From Lama guanicoe (lineage: Eukaryota): a DNA stretch of 64,000 bases. The translations under genes were made by a program, and so were the position numbers. Below the pieces are notes generated by a model that saw only the letters and a program-made list of their open reading frames with translations, was not told the origin of the DNA and ran no database searches. Every line of letters begins with the position of its first letter. The first letter of the stretch is position 1. The stretch is taken from NCBI GenBank assembly GCA_013239625.1, contig MU054391.1, positions 1,672,711 through 1,736,710 on the forward strand, read 5' to 3'. Below, piece after piece: positions 1-12,853 of this stretch.

Positions 1-1037
1 TGTTCCAGTAAAGCACTTCCCCAGTCGTGTTCCGAGGCGCAGGAGTTGAGGGAGGTGCTTAGGGAAGAGTTTTGAGGTCAACACTTGGAGGGAACGCTGC
101 CTGTAGTAACTCCCCTCTGAAAAGGGAGGAGGCTTGTCAAGGAAGGTGAAGCTTCTTCCCCTTTGGGGAGGCACACGCTAATTCCACGTGTGCTGCAGAA
201 CGTCCTTTGGAAAACACTGTCAAAGTTCAGAAATAACAAGTGAAATCAATGATTCACCAAAACGGCAGTTAGTAAAAGAGTACTGTGCACACACCAAAAA
301 GCCAGCTTGCGCACTGGGGCCCCTCAGACCGAACCGCGCGGATGCAGACTCGGGTGCACGGTTCCCAAGTGGGCGATGCAGGTTAGCGGCAGTGACGGTT
401 GTGTCTTCACAGAGATCGGTCATGTTAGACTTTTCTCAAAGGACAGGGAATTGGTGAGTGGTTATCTTGTATCAATTTGGGGGAAACCATTTGAGTTTTG
501 CTCGTGATTTGCAACAGCATAAGCAAGAAATGACCCAGGTCAAACTGGTCTTGCAAAATAAGCCAAGTTCAGCTTTGTTTTTTTAAGCAAAGTGCTTTTA
601 TCCACTCAGGGAAGTTTCAAGGCTGATCTGTTTGTTTTTTATTTCAACCCCTGTATCCGTGGGGCGGGAAGCAGAAACATGAGACAGCCAAACCAGTTAA
701 GTCAGCCCTGGAGTGAAATCTTCTTAGTAATAAAAAACCACAAGAATGTATAAATAGTAGATAAGCAGATCTCACTCTGATGAAAAGTAAACTTTTGCCC
801 AGGTGCCAGATTCCCACTGGTCAAGTATGCAGTGACTCAGCACATCTGGGCCCTTAAACAGTCAATACCCACCAGCTGGATCCAACTGTCCAAGGTCACC
901 CCTGAAGGAGTCAGGGGAGAACTAGTCCTCTTAGAGCCGGCCCAGCCCCCCGCCCCGACTCAGTCCCCGTCCTCGCGTCTCCCACTTGTGGCTGAGAGCC
1001 TCCACCAGGTTTTCTGCTCTGCTCAGACCCTTCAGGT

Positions 1038-1750
1038 TCATTGAACAACTATTTACCCAGCATCTGCTCTACGCCAGGTGCCGTTCCAGACCCTGGGTAT
1101 CCAACAGAGAGCAAACAGGGGAGGGAAAATAATCCCTGCCTTCACAGTTTGAATTCTAACAAGGGAAACAGAAAAGAACAGCCAGGGGTCAGGCGGTGGC
1201 AAGGGCTAGTGGGAACATGACACGGGCACAGGGGGAGACAAGTGCCCGTCTGGTGCATGTGAGTGTACACGTGTACACACGCGTGTATGTGAGACAGTGA
1301 CAGAGGGAGACAGAGAGCGGGCAAGGGGGACAGGACTGACCTGTACAAGGCATGGCCAGGAAGACCCGATGTAAAATGACCTTCCAGCAGATGTGGGAAA
1401 GAGGCGGGGAGGGAGCCCCCAGACACGGGGAGGAAAAGCGTGCTGGGCAGAGGGAAGAGCACAGCGCTGGCCTGAGACAAGGGTCCGGGGCCCCAAGGGT
1501 GGGAGTGGCTGAGCAGGGGGCGCAGGAGGAGAGAGGGAGGCAGGACGGAGGCAAGAACGCACGTCGGAGGCTACTGTGCCCTTCCGGGTCACAGAGGTTG
1601 GGGGCTGGGGTGGAGACCTGCTGTGGGGAGGTGAGGGAGATCAGGTTCTGCATCTGTCTCACAGGAAGGCCAACAGGACCTGACGGGGGATGGATCAGGC
1701 TTGGGGCTCAGGGCTGTCCAAGGGTTCTGGCCTGAGCTGAGCTCCTGGGA
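1038..1750 (-). mobile_element. Decayed L2 LINE 3' fragment
   Basis: cattgaacaactatttacccagcatctgctctacgccaggtgccgttccagaccctggg resembles the L2 3' terminus read antisense; boundaries approximate. Confidence 0.5.
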
Positions 1751-1826
1751 GGGTGGGGTCTCGATGCCCTGAGGGGGGAAGACGTGGGTGGAACGACTGG
1801 GTGGGCGCAGAGCCCGCATGTCCTTC

Positions 1827-2250
1827 TCTGTCTCACCTATTCCATTTAGCATGATGCTCTCCAAGTCCATCCATGCTGCTGCAAATGCCGAAACTGCATT
1901 CTTCTCACGGCCAAGTGGTACTCCGCTGTGTACATACAGCACAACTTCTTCATGGACACACAGGCTGCTTCCGTATCCTGGCTATTACAAATAATGCTGC
2001 TGTGGACATTGGGGCACGTGTATCTTTTCAGATCACTGTTTTTGGGTTTTTTTTTGGATATATACTCAGGGGTGGAATTGCTGGGACATATGGCAGTTCT
2101 AATTTTAATTCTTTGAGAAACCTCCAAACTATTTTCCATGGTGGCTGCACCAATTTACATTCCTACCAACAGCGTAGGAGGTTCCCTTTTGTCCACACCC
2201 TCTCCAGCATTTGTTGTGTTCTTTTTGATGATAGCCATTCTGACAGGTGA
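1827..2250 (-). mobile_element. L1 3' region fragment
   Basis: Hallmark antisense L1 strings: ccatccatgctgctgcaaatg, ggaattgctgggacatatggcagttcta, ggctgcaccaatttacattcctaccaacag, gatagccattctgacaggtga. Confidence 0.85.
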
Positions 2251-2563
2251 TTTTTCCTCAATGTTTAGTTTGTACACGTTTATATTAAACACATAATACA
2301 AGTTAGTTGAGAAAAATTAGAAACAGTAACTCAGTCAACAACTTTGAAAGACTCATCTGGAGTTACCCCTAATCACATCACCTGTGGTCACCATTTCCCT
2401 CTCGGAACGAAACCTTCCAAACGTTCGTCTGTGTGCCTGCACTAGCTGCTCCGGCTGCCACAGCGGAACAAGGAGCCTTCTCCCCTCAGCCCTGGAGCCA
2501 GGGCTCCCAGAGCAGGGCGTGGCAGGGCTGCTTTCTCTGAGGCCGTGCTCCCCGCCCTGCAGA

Positions 2564-3161
2564 TACAACAGGGAAGAGCAAATCCGACCCCACACTGGGT
2601 CTGTCTCTTTTACTTTAACCTTTGTGTCTGTTGCTTTTGCCACAAGCTGAGAATGTTGCCTATAACCTGCAGCATACAGGATGGCCCATTCTCAAGGACA
2701 TTTAAGGGGACAACAATTCTCCATTCATATAGATTGAAAAGCTGCAGCACAGAGATTAACACTTGTCCTGTTGGAACATCATGACCTGGTCTAGACAGAC
2801 AGCCGCAAGAACACAGGAGCCCAGGCTGGCCCAACGGGAGAGGGTCCCCAGAACTTAACACTGACGTCACTAAAGCTGGTATACAACCTCCAACTGCTAA
2901 ATTTGACTGTCATTAAAAAAAGAGAAAAGAACAAAGGATTCCAACACCAAGAAGCTTGCGGCGACCAGCCACACTCTCTTCCCTTTTAGTCTAAAAGAAG
3001 CCTGAATTCTAACTCGGGGAAGACAGTTCTTTGGGACACTAGTCCACCAGCTCCTCGGTCTGCTGGCTTTCTGAGTAAAGCCGTTATTCCTTGCCCCGAC
3101 AACGCGTCTCTTGCCTCACTGGCCTGTGGCGGCGAGTAGTGGGGGCTGGGACTTGGTAACA
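2564..3161 (+). mobile_element. ERV1-class solo LTR
   Basis: Starts tacaacagggaagagcaaat (decayed TG), ends ggtaaca; decayed polyA signal gagtaaag; 4-bp TSD CAGA at 2560-2563 and 3162-3165. Confidence 0.75.
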
Positions 3162-5367
3162 CAGACAGCCTTGTCGCTGCGTCCTCTAGTGGCCTTCCCT
3201 CTGCAGGTGCGTCTGGTGTCCTGGGTGGACGAGGGCCACCCAAACAGCCTCACTTAACGCAACCCCCTCATTAAAGCCTGCCTCCAGGTAAGTCCATTCT
3301 GTGCTGGGGGCCGGTGCTTCAACACACAAACTGGGGGCGCAGTTCGCCCACAGCAGCATCCCGACACACGAGCTCCGTGCCCGGGCTCTGAGTCCCTGGC
3401 CAATGTGTCTAAGAAGTGCTGTTTGCCACTGACCGAGTCACTGTGGCCGAGGTCTCCCACCTCCTCCCTGTGTTCCAAGGGCCCGGCCCCCGGTACCCCC
3501 ACAGCCGCCTGGCCTCTGCCTGGGCTCCATTAGCCCCCTCAGCACCACGATCCCTGCCAGGGGACGTGAAGCAGTGATACCTGTTTTCCACTTGAAGCTT
3601 CTCCAAATCGGGTCAAGGTGGGCTGTGCGGGACTTCAACGCCCCAAACCCAAGACACTGCTATGGACTGAGGTGCACATTTCAATGCATCTGAGCTCCCC
3701 CAGCCGTAAGTGTGCAGGTACTCTTCATGCCCTGGGAGGCCCCACTCCTTAGCTGAAGACACATCCCGGACTGTAAGACACCCAGACTTCAGAGACGTTG
3801 AAACCCGAAGATGAGCATCTTCAAGCCAGGGAGCTGCGGTGCTGGGACGGCCCCACCCAGGGCCCTCGGCCTCCTCACCCGCCTCCAGGCAGACGCTGGC
3901 AGGGCCTGCGGGGCACCAGGATGTGACAGGACCTGTCCAAACCCCCGAGAAGTACAGGTGCGCCTTGTTACACACACAGAGATGCAACCTCGCCCCCGGA
4001 CAGGGAGAGATTGCATGCGTAGGGAAGCCGCCGTCTTTGGTGAGCGCGGTACCTCCAGCCTGCTGTTTTCACTCTGACTATTTTTAAACCCAGAGACAGA
4101 CAAGCAGGAGACGATTTATCTGGATCAGTAAGAGAACCACCGGGAGAGCCTGGAGCTCCTGGAACTTTCTCCATTCACTGCACCCTTAGTCCCTCGGTAA
4201 ATGCTTTCCTCCCCCCAGGCCAGAACAAATGCCTGACCCTTCCAGCGTGAAGTGCTTAGGTCTGAACTTCAGGAATACCTATGCCCTCGCAACTCAGCCA
4301 CCTGAAGAGAACACACGTAAATGTGGAGAAACTTACGCCTCACTCCTCAGTCAGCACACCCAGGGGCTGCCGGGCCGTGTGCCCGCTGGACCCTGCGCAG
4401 AGCGGGCAGGCACCCTGTCGGTCCTGACAGCGCACGCTTCTCCCCACAGCAGCACCCACAGCCCCTTCCAAAGAGGATGGGCCATCACGGGGTGAGGTCT
4501 GAGGGCCAGTGTGAGCTGCCCGTGGCAGGAGTCCGGCTGTGCTCCCCTCCACACCGCGAACTGCCCTGGGCACCGCTGTGAGTTCCTGCAGCATGCTGGG
4601 GTGCCTCGGCACACAGACTGGGAAGGGGGGCAGCCATCCAGCTGCAGGGCCCAGGTTACAGGGAAGGGGCCTCCTGGGTGAGTGAGAAAGGACTGTGGGA
4701 GCAGCAGCAGCATTTGAAAAGACAAGGAGCAGGGGGGGGGCTGACCCGTGGGGGACTGCGGGAGGCCAGAGACCAAGGGGTGAGAAAGATGGAGGTGAGG
4801 GAGGGGCCAGAGGCCAGGAGTCGTGACCATATGTGCATCCTGTCTAATCAGCTATAGAAATAAACTCAGCCGCGTCTCTGGATGGTGGGATAAGCAAAGA
4901 CAAGGGTGGGACAGCATGGCACACTTGACCAGGAGACAGGCGCACGTGATTGAAAATGCTCTGCTCCGAGGCAGCCCCTCCCTGCTGCTTCCCACCTGAA
5001 CGGGAAACTGGAAGTGCCAGGCGAGGCGAGCAGACATGAGACTGTGACGAGCGACGTAGGCACAGGAAAGAAGAAGCGAAATGATCACTGTTAGCAGATG
5101 CCTGGGCTGGATGCCTGGACAACTCAAGGAAGCGAACGGGAGCCTTTCAGAACCAGCAAGAGTGAAACCAGCCAGCGGGAGCGATCGGTGTCACAAAGGA
5201 CAGCGGCTTTTCTACACATAGATACTCAGTCTCAACAACTGCATTAAAAAGACCGACCTGGAGTAAGCGTGCGGCCATCTCGAAGACGCCATGGGAATAC
5301 TGCTTCTTTCCCCTTTTCCCCATTCACTTACTGCACTGTTTGCATTTTTTGCAGCCCCCTCCCCTGA

Positions 5368-6860
5368 CAGCTTTACTGAGGTGTAATTGAAAAGTAAAAT
5401 TGCATGTATTCAAAGTGCACGATTTTTTAAAAGACTTTTATTAGGGCAGTTTTGGTTCCCAGCAAAGAAAGTACAGAGACTTCTCATAACCCTCCGTCAC
5501 ACACACACTGCCACCTGCCCCACGCCTCCCCCAGCATCCACACGCCCTCCCAGAGTGGGGCGCACATTATGATCGACGCCCCTGCACTGACCCAGCACGA
5601 ACAGCCGAAGTCCGCAGCGCACCTGAGGGTGCGCTCTGGTGCCGTGTCGCACGTGGGCTTGGACAGATGGGTGCCATGCGTTCAACATTAACACATCACA
5701 GAGCATCTCCACGGCCGTAGAAGTCCTCTGGGCTCTGCCTGTTCCACTCCCAAAACCAACGATCCTTTGCTGTCTCTGTCATTTTGCTTTTGCAGAATGT
5801 CACAGAGGGGGAGTCACACAGCACGGAGCCCTTCCAGACTGGCTCCTTTCACTCAGTCCTATGCATGTTGGGTTCCACTGTCTTCATGACTTGACAGGTC
5901 ATTTCTTTAGGGCTAAGTAATATTTACATTGTATGATTTACCAGTTCGTCTATTCATTCACCTACTGAAGGACATCTTGGTCCTCCCAAGGTTTACCAAT
6001 TATAAAGCGACCATAAATGTCCACGTGCAGCTTTCTGTGTGGACACAGGCTCCCAACTCCCTTGGGTCAACACCAGGGAACACAACTGCCGGGCCGTGTG
6101 GTAAGAACGCACCTACATCTGTGAGAACCTGCATTTCCCTGACGACACACGACGCGGCGCACCTTCTCACGTGCTTACCTGCGACCTGCGCGTCCTCTCT
6201 GCAGGGGTGTTTGCAAATGCCAGGCCAATTTTTAATCGTGTTGTGTGTTTTCTAATTGTGGAGTCCTACGAGTTCTTTCTGTTTTGGTTAACAGTCCTTT
6301 ATCATATGGTTTTTTTTTTCTGCATGTATTTTCTGGTCTGCGGCTTATCTTCTCATTCTGTCTTTTGTAGTTTTAATTAAATCTTAGTGAAGCCTGTTTA
6401 TCAGTTAACTCTTTCATAGGTCATGCCTCCGGTGTTCTGGCTAAAAAGCCATCACCACCCCTGAGGTCATCTTGGTTTTCTCCTATTATCTTCTGGGAGT
6501 TTTATAGTTTTGCATCTTACGTTTAGGTCCGCGATCGGTTTTGAGTTCACGTTTGTGCAGGGTGTAGGTCTGGGTCCAGGTGTTCAGCACCATCTGTTGA
6601 AGACACTCTGCTCCCATTGTGTTGTCTTTGCTCCTTTGCCAAAGATCACTTGACTATATGCATGGGGTTCTACTTTGGGGCCACTGTGATTTGATGTATG
6701 TATATGTTGTAAAATGACTACCATAGTTAACTAAAACATCCTTCATCTCAATTACGTTTTTTAGTGTGTGGGGGGGAGGGACGGCATGCCTGAGACCCGC
6801 CGTCTTAGCACACGCAGGTCAGAACACAGCACTGTCAGCCAGCGCCCCGCTGCGGCGCGT
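5368..6860 (-). mobile_element. Old L1M fragments (composite)
   Basis: cagctttactgaggtgtaattga 3' end, interrupted from ~5424 by an L1MC-like segment; contains agttttatagttttgcatcttacgtttaggtc. Confidence 0.75.
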
Positions 6861-8094
6861 CTGCTCCTTTCTGAAACACCCTGACGAAGCCTGAATGATC
6901 AGTGTGATGCCACCTTCTCTGCAAACGGCCGACAGTAAACAGGGTGTCCAGCCCCACCAGAAGCCTCTCCTGCAGTGCATGAGAGCAGGGAGTCCGGCAG
7001 GGCAGAAGAGGAGCACTTCCAGGGGAGGGGAGGGGACACTTAACAAACACGAGCGAGGGTGCTCCCTGCAAACACTGTCCTGGAGGAACATAAACTCGCA
7101 TAACTTCCCTGAAAAGCAACACAGACACACGGACACACGTAGCACACCTGGCCCAGCGATGCTCCTCTGGGGACCCCTGTGGTCTCAAGGACACCCCGGC
7201 AGGTCTCGGGGCTGATCACATTGCAGCTGCTGGGCCCGTCTCTGCAGAAACCCCTAGTCCGCGTGGGTTCGGGAACAAATGCCAAGGTGGGGCTGGTGAA
7301 GAAGGAAGAGGACACTATCGCGCTCCCAGCCTCCAGCTAATTCATGACCTCATTCACAACATGACCTCATCGTCCCGGGGAGGCCCAGCAAAGTCACCGC
7401 TGCTGGCGAGCCTTGAGCACAGGCCCTTCCGAGGGCACAGCCCCACGAAGACACGTCACACTGAGCCACAATCGCGGGGTGGCCAAGGGGCTGTGACCGG
7501 AAGAGCCAAGATTTCCAGAGCCTTCTGAAAACATCATACAGAAGGCTGCTCCTGCAGGGTGTGACGCAGAGGAACCAGACCACCGTTCTGTTCTTTGTCT
7601 TGAATCCAATTTCTCTTTTTCCATTTCATCCTTTTGCTACTCAACAATCTCAACACAGGACTTGCCCATCAGACTTTAATAAACACACAAGAACAAAACA
7701 AAAAACCAGTACTCTTACCAGGAGAAACACTCCCATCTCCAAACACAGCCACCCTGGGGCTTAGGGCTTCAGCACAGGAATTCGGGGACAGTAACATCGT
7801 CAGCTGTAACAGCTACAACCCAGGTACACAGGCCTCTGGGTTTTAAAGTGTTAGGACAAAGTGTGTCACATACCTGCAAGGGGCACTCTGCTTGTCACAC
7901 GAATCCTGGGGACAGAGGACCTCGTGCTGCTGGAGAAGCCCGTGTCTGACCACAGCGGATGTGCACTCAGAGCACAGAGGGTGCGATTCAAAACCCTCAG
8001 CTGAGCAAGCACCCCGGGGCTCCCACCAGGGGGGTGGGGCAGGTCGGCACACCCGTTCCCCTTACCTGCTCTCTGTGGAAACAGGCCTCTGAAG

Positions 8095-8665
8095 TCCCGT
8101 GTGCCCCAGTGTTCACAGCAGCACTGCTCACAAGAGCGAAGACGTGGAAGGAACCTAAATGTCCATCACCCCACCAACAGGGGCCTGGATGAGGAAGATG
8201 CGGTGTGCACAGATACACACATGCACACAATGGAGTATCACTCAGCCATAAAAAAGAATGAAAGTGCCACCTGCAGCAGCATGGATGGACTTGGAGGGTG
8301 TTACGCTAAGTGAGGTAAGTCAGACCGAGAAAGACAAATGCTGTATGATGTCACTTCTACGCGGAGCCTAAAAACTACAACAAACCAGAGAATGTAAGAA
8401 AAAAGCAGCAGACTCACAGACACAGAGAACAAACTGGGGGCACCAGCGGGGAGGGAAGGGCGGAGGGGTAGGACGGGGGGTTAAAAAGTATGAACCACTG
8501 TGTGTAAAATGAGTGAGCCGCAAGGACACACTGCACAGCACAGGGAGCATGGCTGGTGTTTGTAGTAACTGCAAATGGAGCATGACCTTCTAAACCTGTG
8601 AGTCACCATGTCGTGCACCTGCAACTTATACAACGTTGTGACTCAACTATGCCTCAAAAAACTGT
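8095..8665 (+). mobile_element. L1 3' end fragment
   Basis: gttcacagcagcact, cctaaatgtccatca, tcagccataaaaaagaatgaaa, agtgaggtaagtcagaccgagaaagacaaat; ends actatgcctcaaaaaa. Confidence 0.85.
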
Positions 8666-9849
8666 TCACTTAAGAAAAAGAACCTTGAAATTATTTTACC
8701 TAAGATTTTTGAACATGGCATTACGAGTATTGCAACATGGCTCAAGTCAAGGTGACACACAGAGATCCACCCCCGACCCCGACCATCTCACCCCATCCTG
8801 GCCTGGATCCATCCCCGACCCCCCAACCCCGACCATCTCACTGGGTCCTGGTGACACGGGCCTGCCGCGCTTCCTGACTGCATCCTCCCCTGACAGACGC
8901 AGCCCACGGCAGCCCTGACCGCGCTGTCCTCTCCCCACCCCTATGCTAGGGCTGGGGGGCTCTGCCCCCATCTCAAGGCTGCAGCTGACGCTACCATGGC
9001 TCTCCCATGGCCACCCAGCCTGTCCCCAGTGTCGTTTCCAGTTCTCTGACACCACAAACTGTCTTTTATCTGTCCATGTGCAGATGTATCTACAGGACAG
9101 ATTCCAAAAAGGGGCAGCTGGTGGACCAACAGCAGACGCATTTACAGTCTGACAGACAGGCCACAACTGCTCCGAGTGGCACCATTCTGTGCTCAACACA
9201 AACAGCACAGAAGTGTGTTCTTTGCCACACCCTCTGGGACTGATGGATCTTTGCTAATAAACCTAATGTCACCATAATAAGAAACAAACGTCTCAGTGTG
9301 GCTTCAACCTGCATCTCTCCCAAGCGAACGTTCTCGTTGCCCGAGGGCCAGGAGCTGCGTGAGTGATCCATGGCTGACCCAGTCTTCTGCTAGTCCCTCC
9401 TCAGCTTCCGGGAGTTCTGCGTGTGCCACAGAAACTAGCCCTTGGGATACGAGTTCCAGATTCTTCTCCTCGTTTGTCTATGCTTGTGGCTTTTTAAAGT
9501 CTTTTTTTTTAATTCATAACTTTAATTAAAGCTGTCTTAATTAAATTAGTCTTTGTCTTTTGTGGTTAACTGATTTGTCTTGGGTGAAAAGGCCTCTGTC
9601 CCATCGGTGGCTCAGTGGCCTTAACACTGAGCTCTCGTGCATCTCTGGGTTTAAAGATCAGAGCTTTGTAAAACGGGGCGAAGTGACTCACTAGCCCTTT
9701 TTCCTGCTCCCTCGATCGTATCTGTGTTTGTCCAAGGCCCTTCCTTCCACTGGTGGCTCCCCAAAATCACCAAAGAATCCTAAATTTGAGGCATATTTTA
9801 ATGAACGCTCTTCTTTGCACATGATTACTCACGTCAACGTAAGGCCCGC

Positions 9850-10230
9850 CGCACGACCCAGCCAGTCCACTCCCCGGCGTTCACCCAAGGGAAATAAAGC
9901 CAATGTCCACAGAGACCAGGACACAAACGCTCACAGCAACTTGCGTACAGCAGCCAGAACTGCAAACCACCTAAACGTCCACGAGCAGGGAATGGTCACA
10001 CAAGCCGGCCTGCCTACATGACGGAATGCCGCTCGGCGAGCGACAGGAGTGACTACCACGCACATAGCACGGGCCAGAGTCAGCACGGCGTCCCAAGTGA
10101 CTGAGGCGGACTCGGGGTCCATGTTGCGGGACTGTTTAAATCCTAGAAAATGCAAGTTAGTCTAGTGACAGAAAGCAGACCAGAGGCTGTCTGGGGACGG
10201 GAGTCGGGGGGATTTCAAAGCAGCATAAAA
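9850..10230 (+). mobile_element. Highly decayed L1M 3' fragment
   Basis: ccactccccggcgttcacccaagggaaataaa, gaactgcaaaccacctaaacgtcc, tctagtgacagaaagcagacca resemble old L1 3' motifs. Confidence 0.55.
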
Positions 10231-10520
10231 AAGCTTTGGGAGTGATGGGCGCGCCCTGGGGGTTCCGCACTGCGCACACAGCCCACCTTGAGGGCCGGTG
10301 GCTCCCCGGGCCGGCGTGCATGCGGCCGCGAGGGACGAGACCTCGCGGCGCTGGCACCTGTGGGGAAGAGCCCCACGGAGCCCGCGGCCACGGGCGGGCC
10401 ATCTGAGGGCGGCGGCTGAGCGGACAGACCCACGGAGACCAGGAGTCCCCGCTCCGGTGCGGCAGCTCAGGGAGTGGCTGCCAGACTTCAGACTCGATCG
10501 CAACAGTCCATCCTGCAGTT

Positions 10521-10526
10521 TTATTT
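10521..10526 (-). terminator. RNASEH1: Candidate RNASEH1 polyadenylation signal AATAAA
   Basis: tttatt on the plus strand, about 70 nt downstream of the stop codon. Confidence 0.55.
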
Positions 10527-10595
10527 TTCACACCAGTAAGTGAAGGAGACAAGACAGCGCTGGCTTGAGTTTTCCCGAAAATGAAATGACCTCGT

Positions 10596-10682
10596 TCAGT
10601 CTTCAGGCTGCTTAGCGCCTTCTCTCGCCAACCTGTCGGCCTCTTCATTGCCTATAAACCCCGAATGGCCAGGAACGTGCAT
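10596..10682 (-). CDS. RNASEH1: Ribonuclease H1, coding exon 8 (terminal)
   Basis: [28 protein letters not shown]; acceptor tttcacag; TGA at 10598-10596; 87 nt. Confidence 0.98.
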   Translation of the reverse strand: MHVPGHSGFIGNEEADRLAREGAKQPED

Positions 10683-11605
10683 CTGTGAAACAAAACATTT
10701 CCTTTTATTTTTACTAATTCTGTTCACAAGCAGCACGTGACTACTTCCTCACTGTAAAAATCCGCCACCACTCGGAGGCGGCGGCGTGGAAGCCCCTCAC
10801 GGGCCCTCTTCCTCGGCACAGTCCTCCACAGCACGAGCCACGGCCCCAGTGCACTCACACAACGGACGTGCGGACAAAGTCCGTCTCCACAAATTGGATT
10901 TTACTGTGTAAACTGCTTTTCCCCACTGAGGGGTGGGGCCCGGCAAGCTCTCCGGGCAGAGCAGATGTCCATGCTGTTACGGAGGAGGGACAGACTTACG
11001 TGATATAACACCGCTTACACTCGTGCTGCTGGAAGACAAGGGTAAATGCCAGGTCACCCACCGGTTACAGAGGTCCTGGGCTGGAAGGGAGGGGATGGCT
11101 GAGAAATGGTTGCGGTGTAACTTGCTCTGTATTCCCCGGGAAAGTAATGTTAATAAAAGTCATCTACTAAAAGTTACCTATTATACAAAAAATACCTCCA
11201 TTTTGGGGAAAAAAAGTCATGTTACTAAGGTCTAATCACATGACTATATTTCTAACATACTCGATAAATGAGTTTAAACTGACATTCTGGCTTCTTCCAA
11301 AGAAACCCAGAGGCTGACTGTCACAGGTCACTACTGGGAAGGCTGAGGTGCGGCTGGCGAGGATGCGAACAGCACAGACTGCCCCTCGGCCTCGGGCCCA
11401 GAGCAGAGCGCTCAGCACACCCCACCACTACCTGACAAAGCGGCGGCGTCACAGGGTGCTCCAACACGCGCCCCGACAGCCACTCCAAACAAACCGCTCT
11501 TTTAACTGCAGCCATCCCACCACTTCCAGGAACCACGGAGCTCTAGTTACCTCATCTTCTCGGTCGTGACAGCCACAAGGCGTGACCACTTCGGGAAACA
11601 CTCAC

Positions 11606-11730
11606 CCAGCGAATGTCCATGTCCTGGGCCAGTCTGTCCAGCTCCACGAAGTCCTCTTTGTTGATCACCTCCTTCCCGGTGCTCGTCCTCCACCCGTTCC
11701 TCTTCCAGCCTGGAACCCAGCTGGTGATTC
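11606..11730 (-). CDS. RNASEH1: Ribonuclease H1, exon 7
   Basis: [42 protein letters not shown]; ctcctag acceptor, GTGAGT donor; 125 nt. Confidence 0.98.
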
Positions 11731-12230
11731 CTAGGAGAAGCGCAAGTGCACGGTCACTGACCTGGAGTGCTCTGGCCACCTCTCCCCCCCAGACTCCGCC
11801 TGGCCACTGGCCCGCTCGCGTCCCGAGCAGCTTTCTGGACTTTGCACTCCTTTTACATTCACCTGGGCTCAACCTGCTGCTCTCCGCGAAGACACCGCCT
11901 CTGCCACCCCAGCTCCCCACCTGCGCCCCCTGGTCCCACACGTGGCACTTCCCAGAGGGGCTTGCAGCTTAAGTTAGACACGTTTACACTTGAAGGGCAA
12001 CAAGAGCAGGGCCACGTTGACCTTACCGCCATGTATTCGTCACCCAGCAAAGACATGCCCCCTGGCCAGTACTGCAGGGGAACTGGGAGCCCGAGTCCTC
12101 AAACTTTCTTTACACCAGACGAGCCAGCATCACCCCTGTCACCATCTGGACCCTGCTCTCGGGTAGGAAAACACCTGCTCCCTCGTATCTACTGGAAAAA
12201 CACTAGAAGCGGCAAAACGCAGGCGCTCAC

Positions 12231-12315
12231 CATTGATGGTGAACATGCTGTCTGTGTAGAGGACCAGCTTGTTGATGCTCTGAGCCTTTGCCTGCTGGAT
12301 GGCTTTGCAGGCTGC
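12231..12315 (-). CDS. RNASEH1: Ribonuclease H1, exon 6
   Basis: [28 protein letters not shown], includes catalytic Asp of YTDS; ttccag acceptor, GTGAGC donor; 85 nt. Confidence 0.98.
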
Positions 12316-12342
12316 CTGGAAGAAACAGATCGATGGTCACGC

Positions 12343-12534
12343 TTTACACCTGACTGACGTTCAAAATTACTTCAAACTTTAAAATTTAAATTTACACCTG
12401 ACTGACGTTCAAAATTACTTCAAACTTTAAAATTTAAATTTACACCTGACTGACGTTCAAAATTACTTCAAACTTTAAAATTTAAATTTACACCTGACTG
12501 ACGTTCAAAATTACTTCAAACTTTAAAATTTAAA
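12343..12534. repeat. Perfect tandem repeat, 4 x 48 bp
   Basis: Unit tttacacctgactgacgttcaaaattacttcaaactttaaaatttaaa starts at 12343, 12391, 12439 and 12487; no mismatches seen. Confidence 0.97.
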
Positions 12535-12798
12535 TTCCTTTTTCTGTGCTAACTGTAATGATAATATTGAAGTAAGACTCCACGTACAAGTCTCCTGTTC
12601 AGCCGTCTATGTGAAACAGGTTTTACAATTTTTCTAGAAAATTCCTATTTTCACAATGGTTACTGGCCCCAAACGAAGTTTCTTCTGGACTTTGAGGACC
12701 TTACACACAGAGAACAGGAAGTCCATCGATACGTTCTAGTCAACGGTAAAGAACGAAAAACTGATGCCTTAAGTGGAAAAACACATCTGATGACTTAC

Positions 12799-12853
12799 GT
12801 GAATTTCTGCTCTTTGATTTGTTTGTCGCCCAGGAAGTCTAATTCCTACATTT
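12799..12853 (-). CDS. RNASEH1: Ribonuclease H1, exon 5
   Basis: NVGIRLPGRQTNQRAEIH, includes catalytic Glu; ccag acceptor, GTAAGT donor; 55 nt. Confidence 0.98.

Noticed and set aside
1263..1278. Perfect 16-bp palindrome gtgtacacgtgtacac
   Set aside because: Lies in a low-complexity (GT/AC) microsatellite-like context; expected from slippage.
12343..12534. CRISPR-like array
   Set aside because: Units are contiguous with no unique spacers, lie in a mammalian intron, and have no cas genes nearby.
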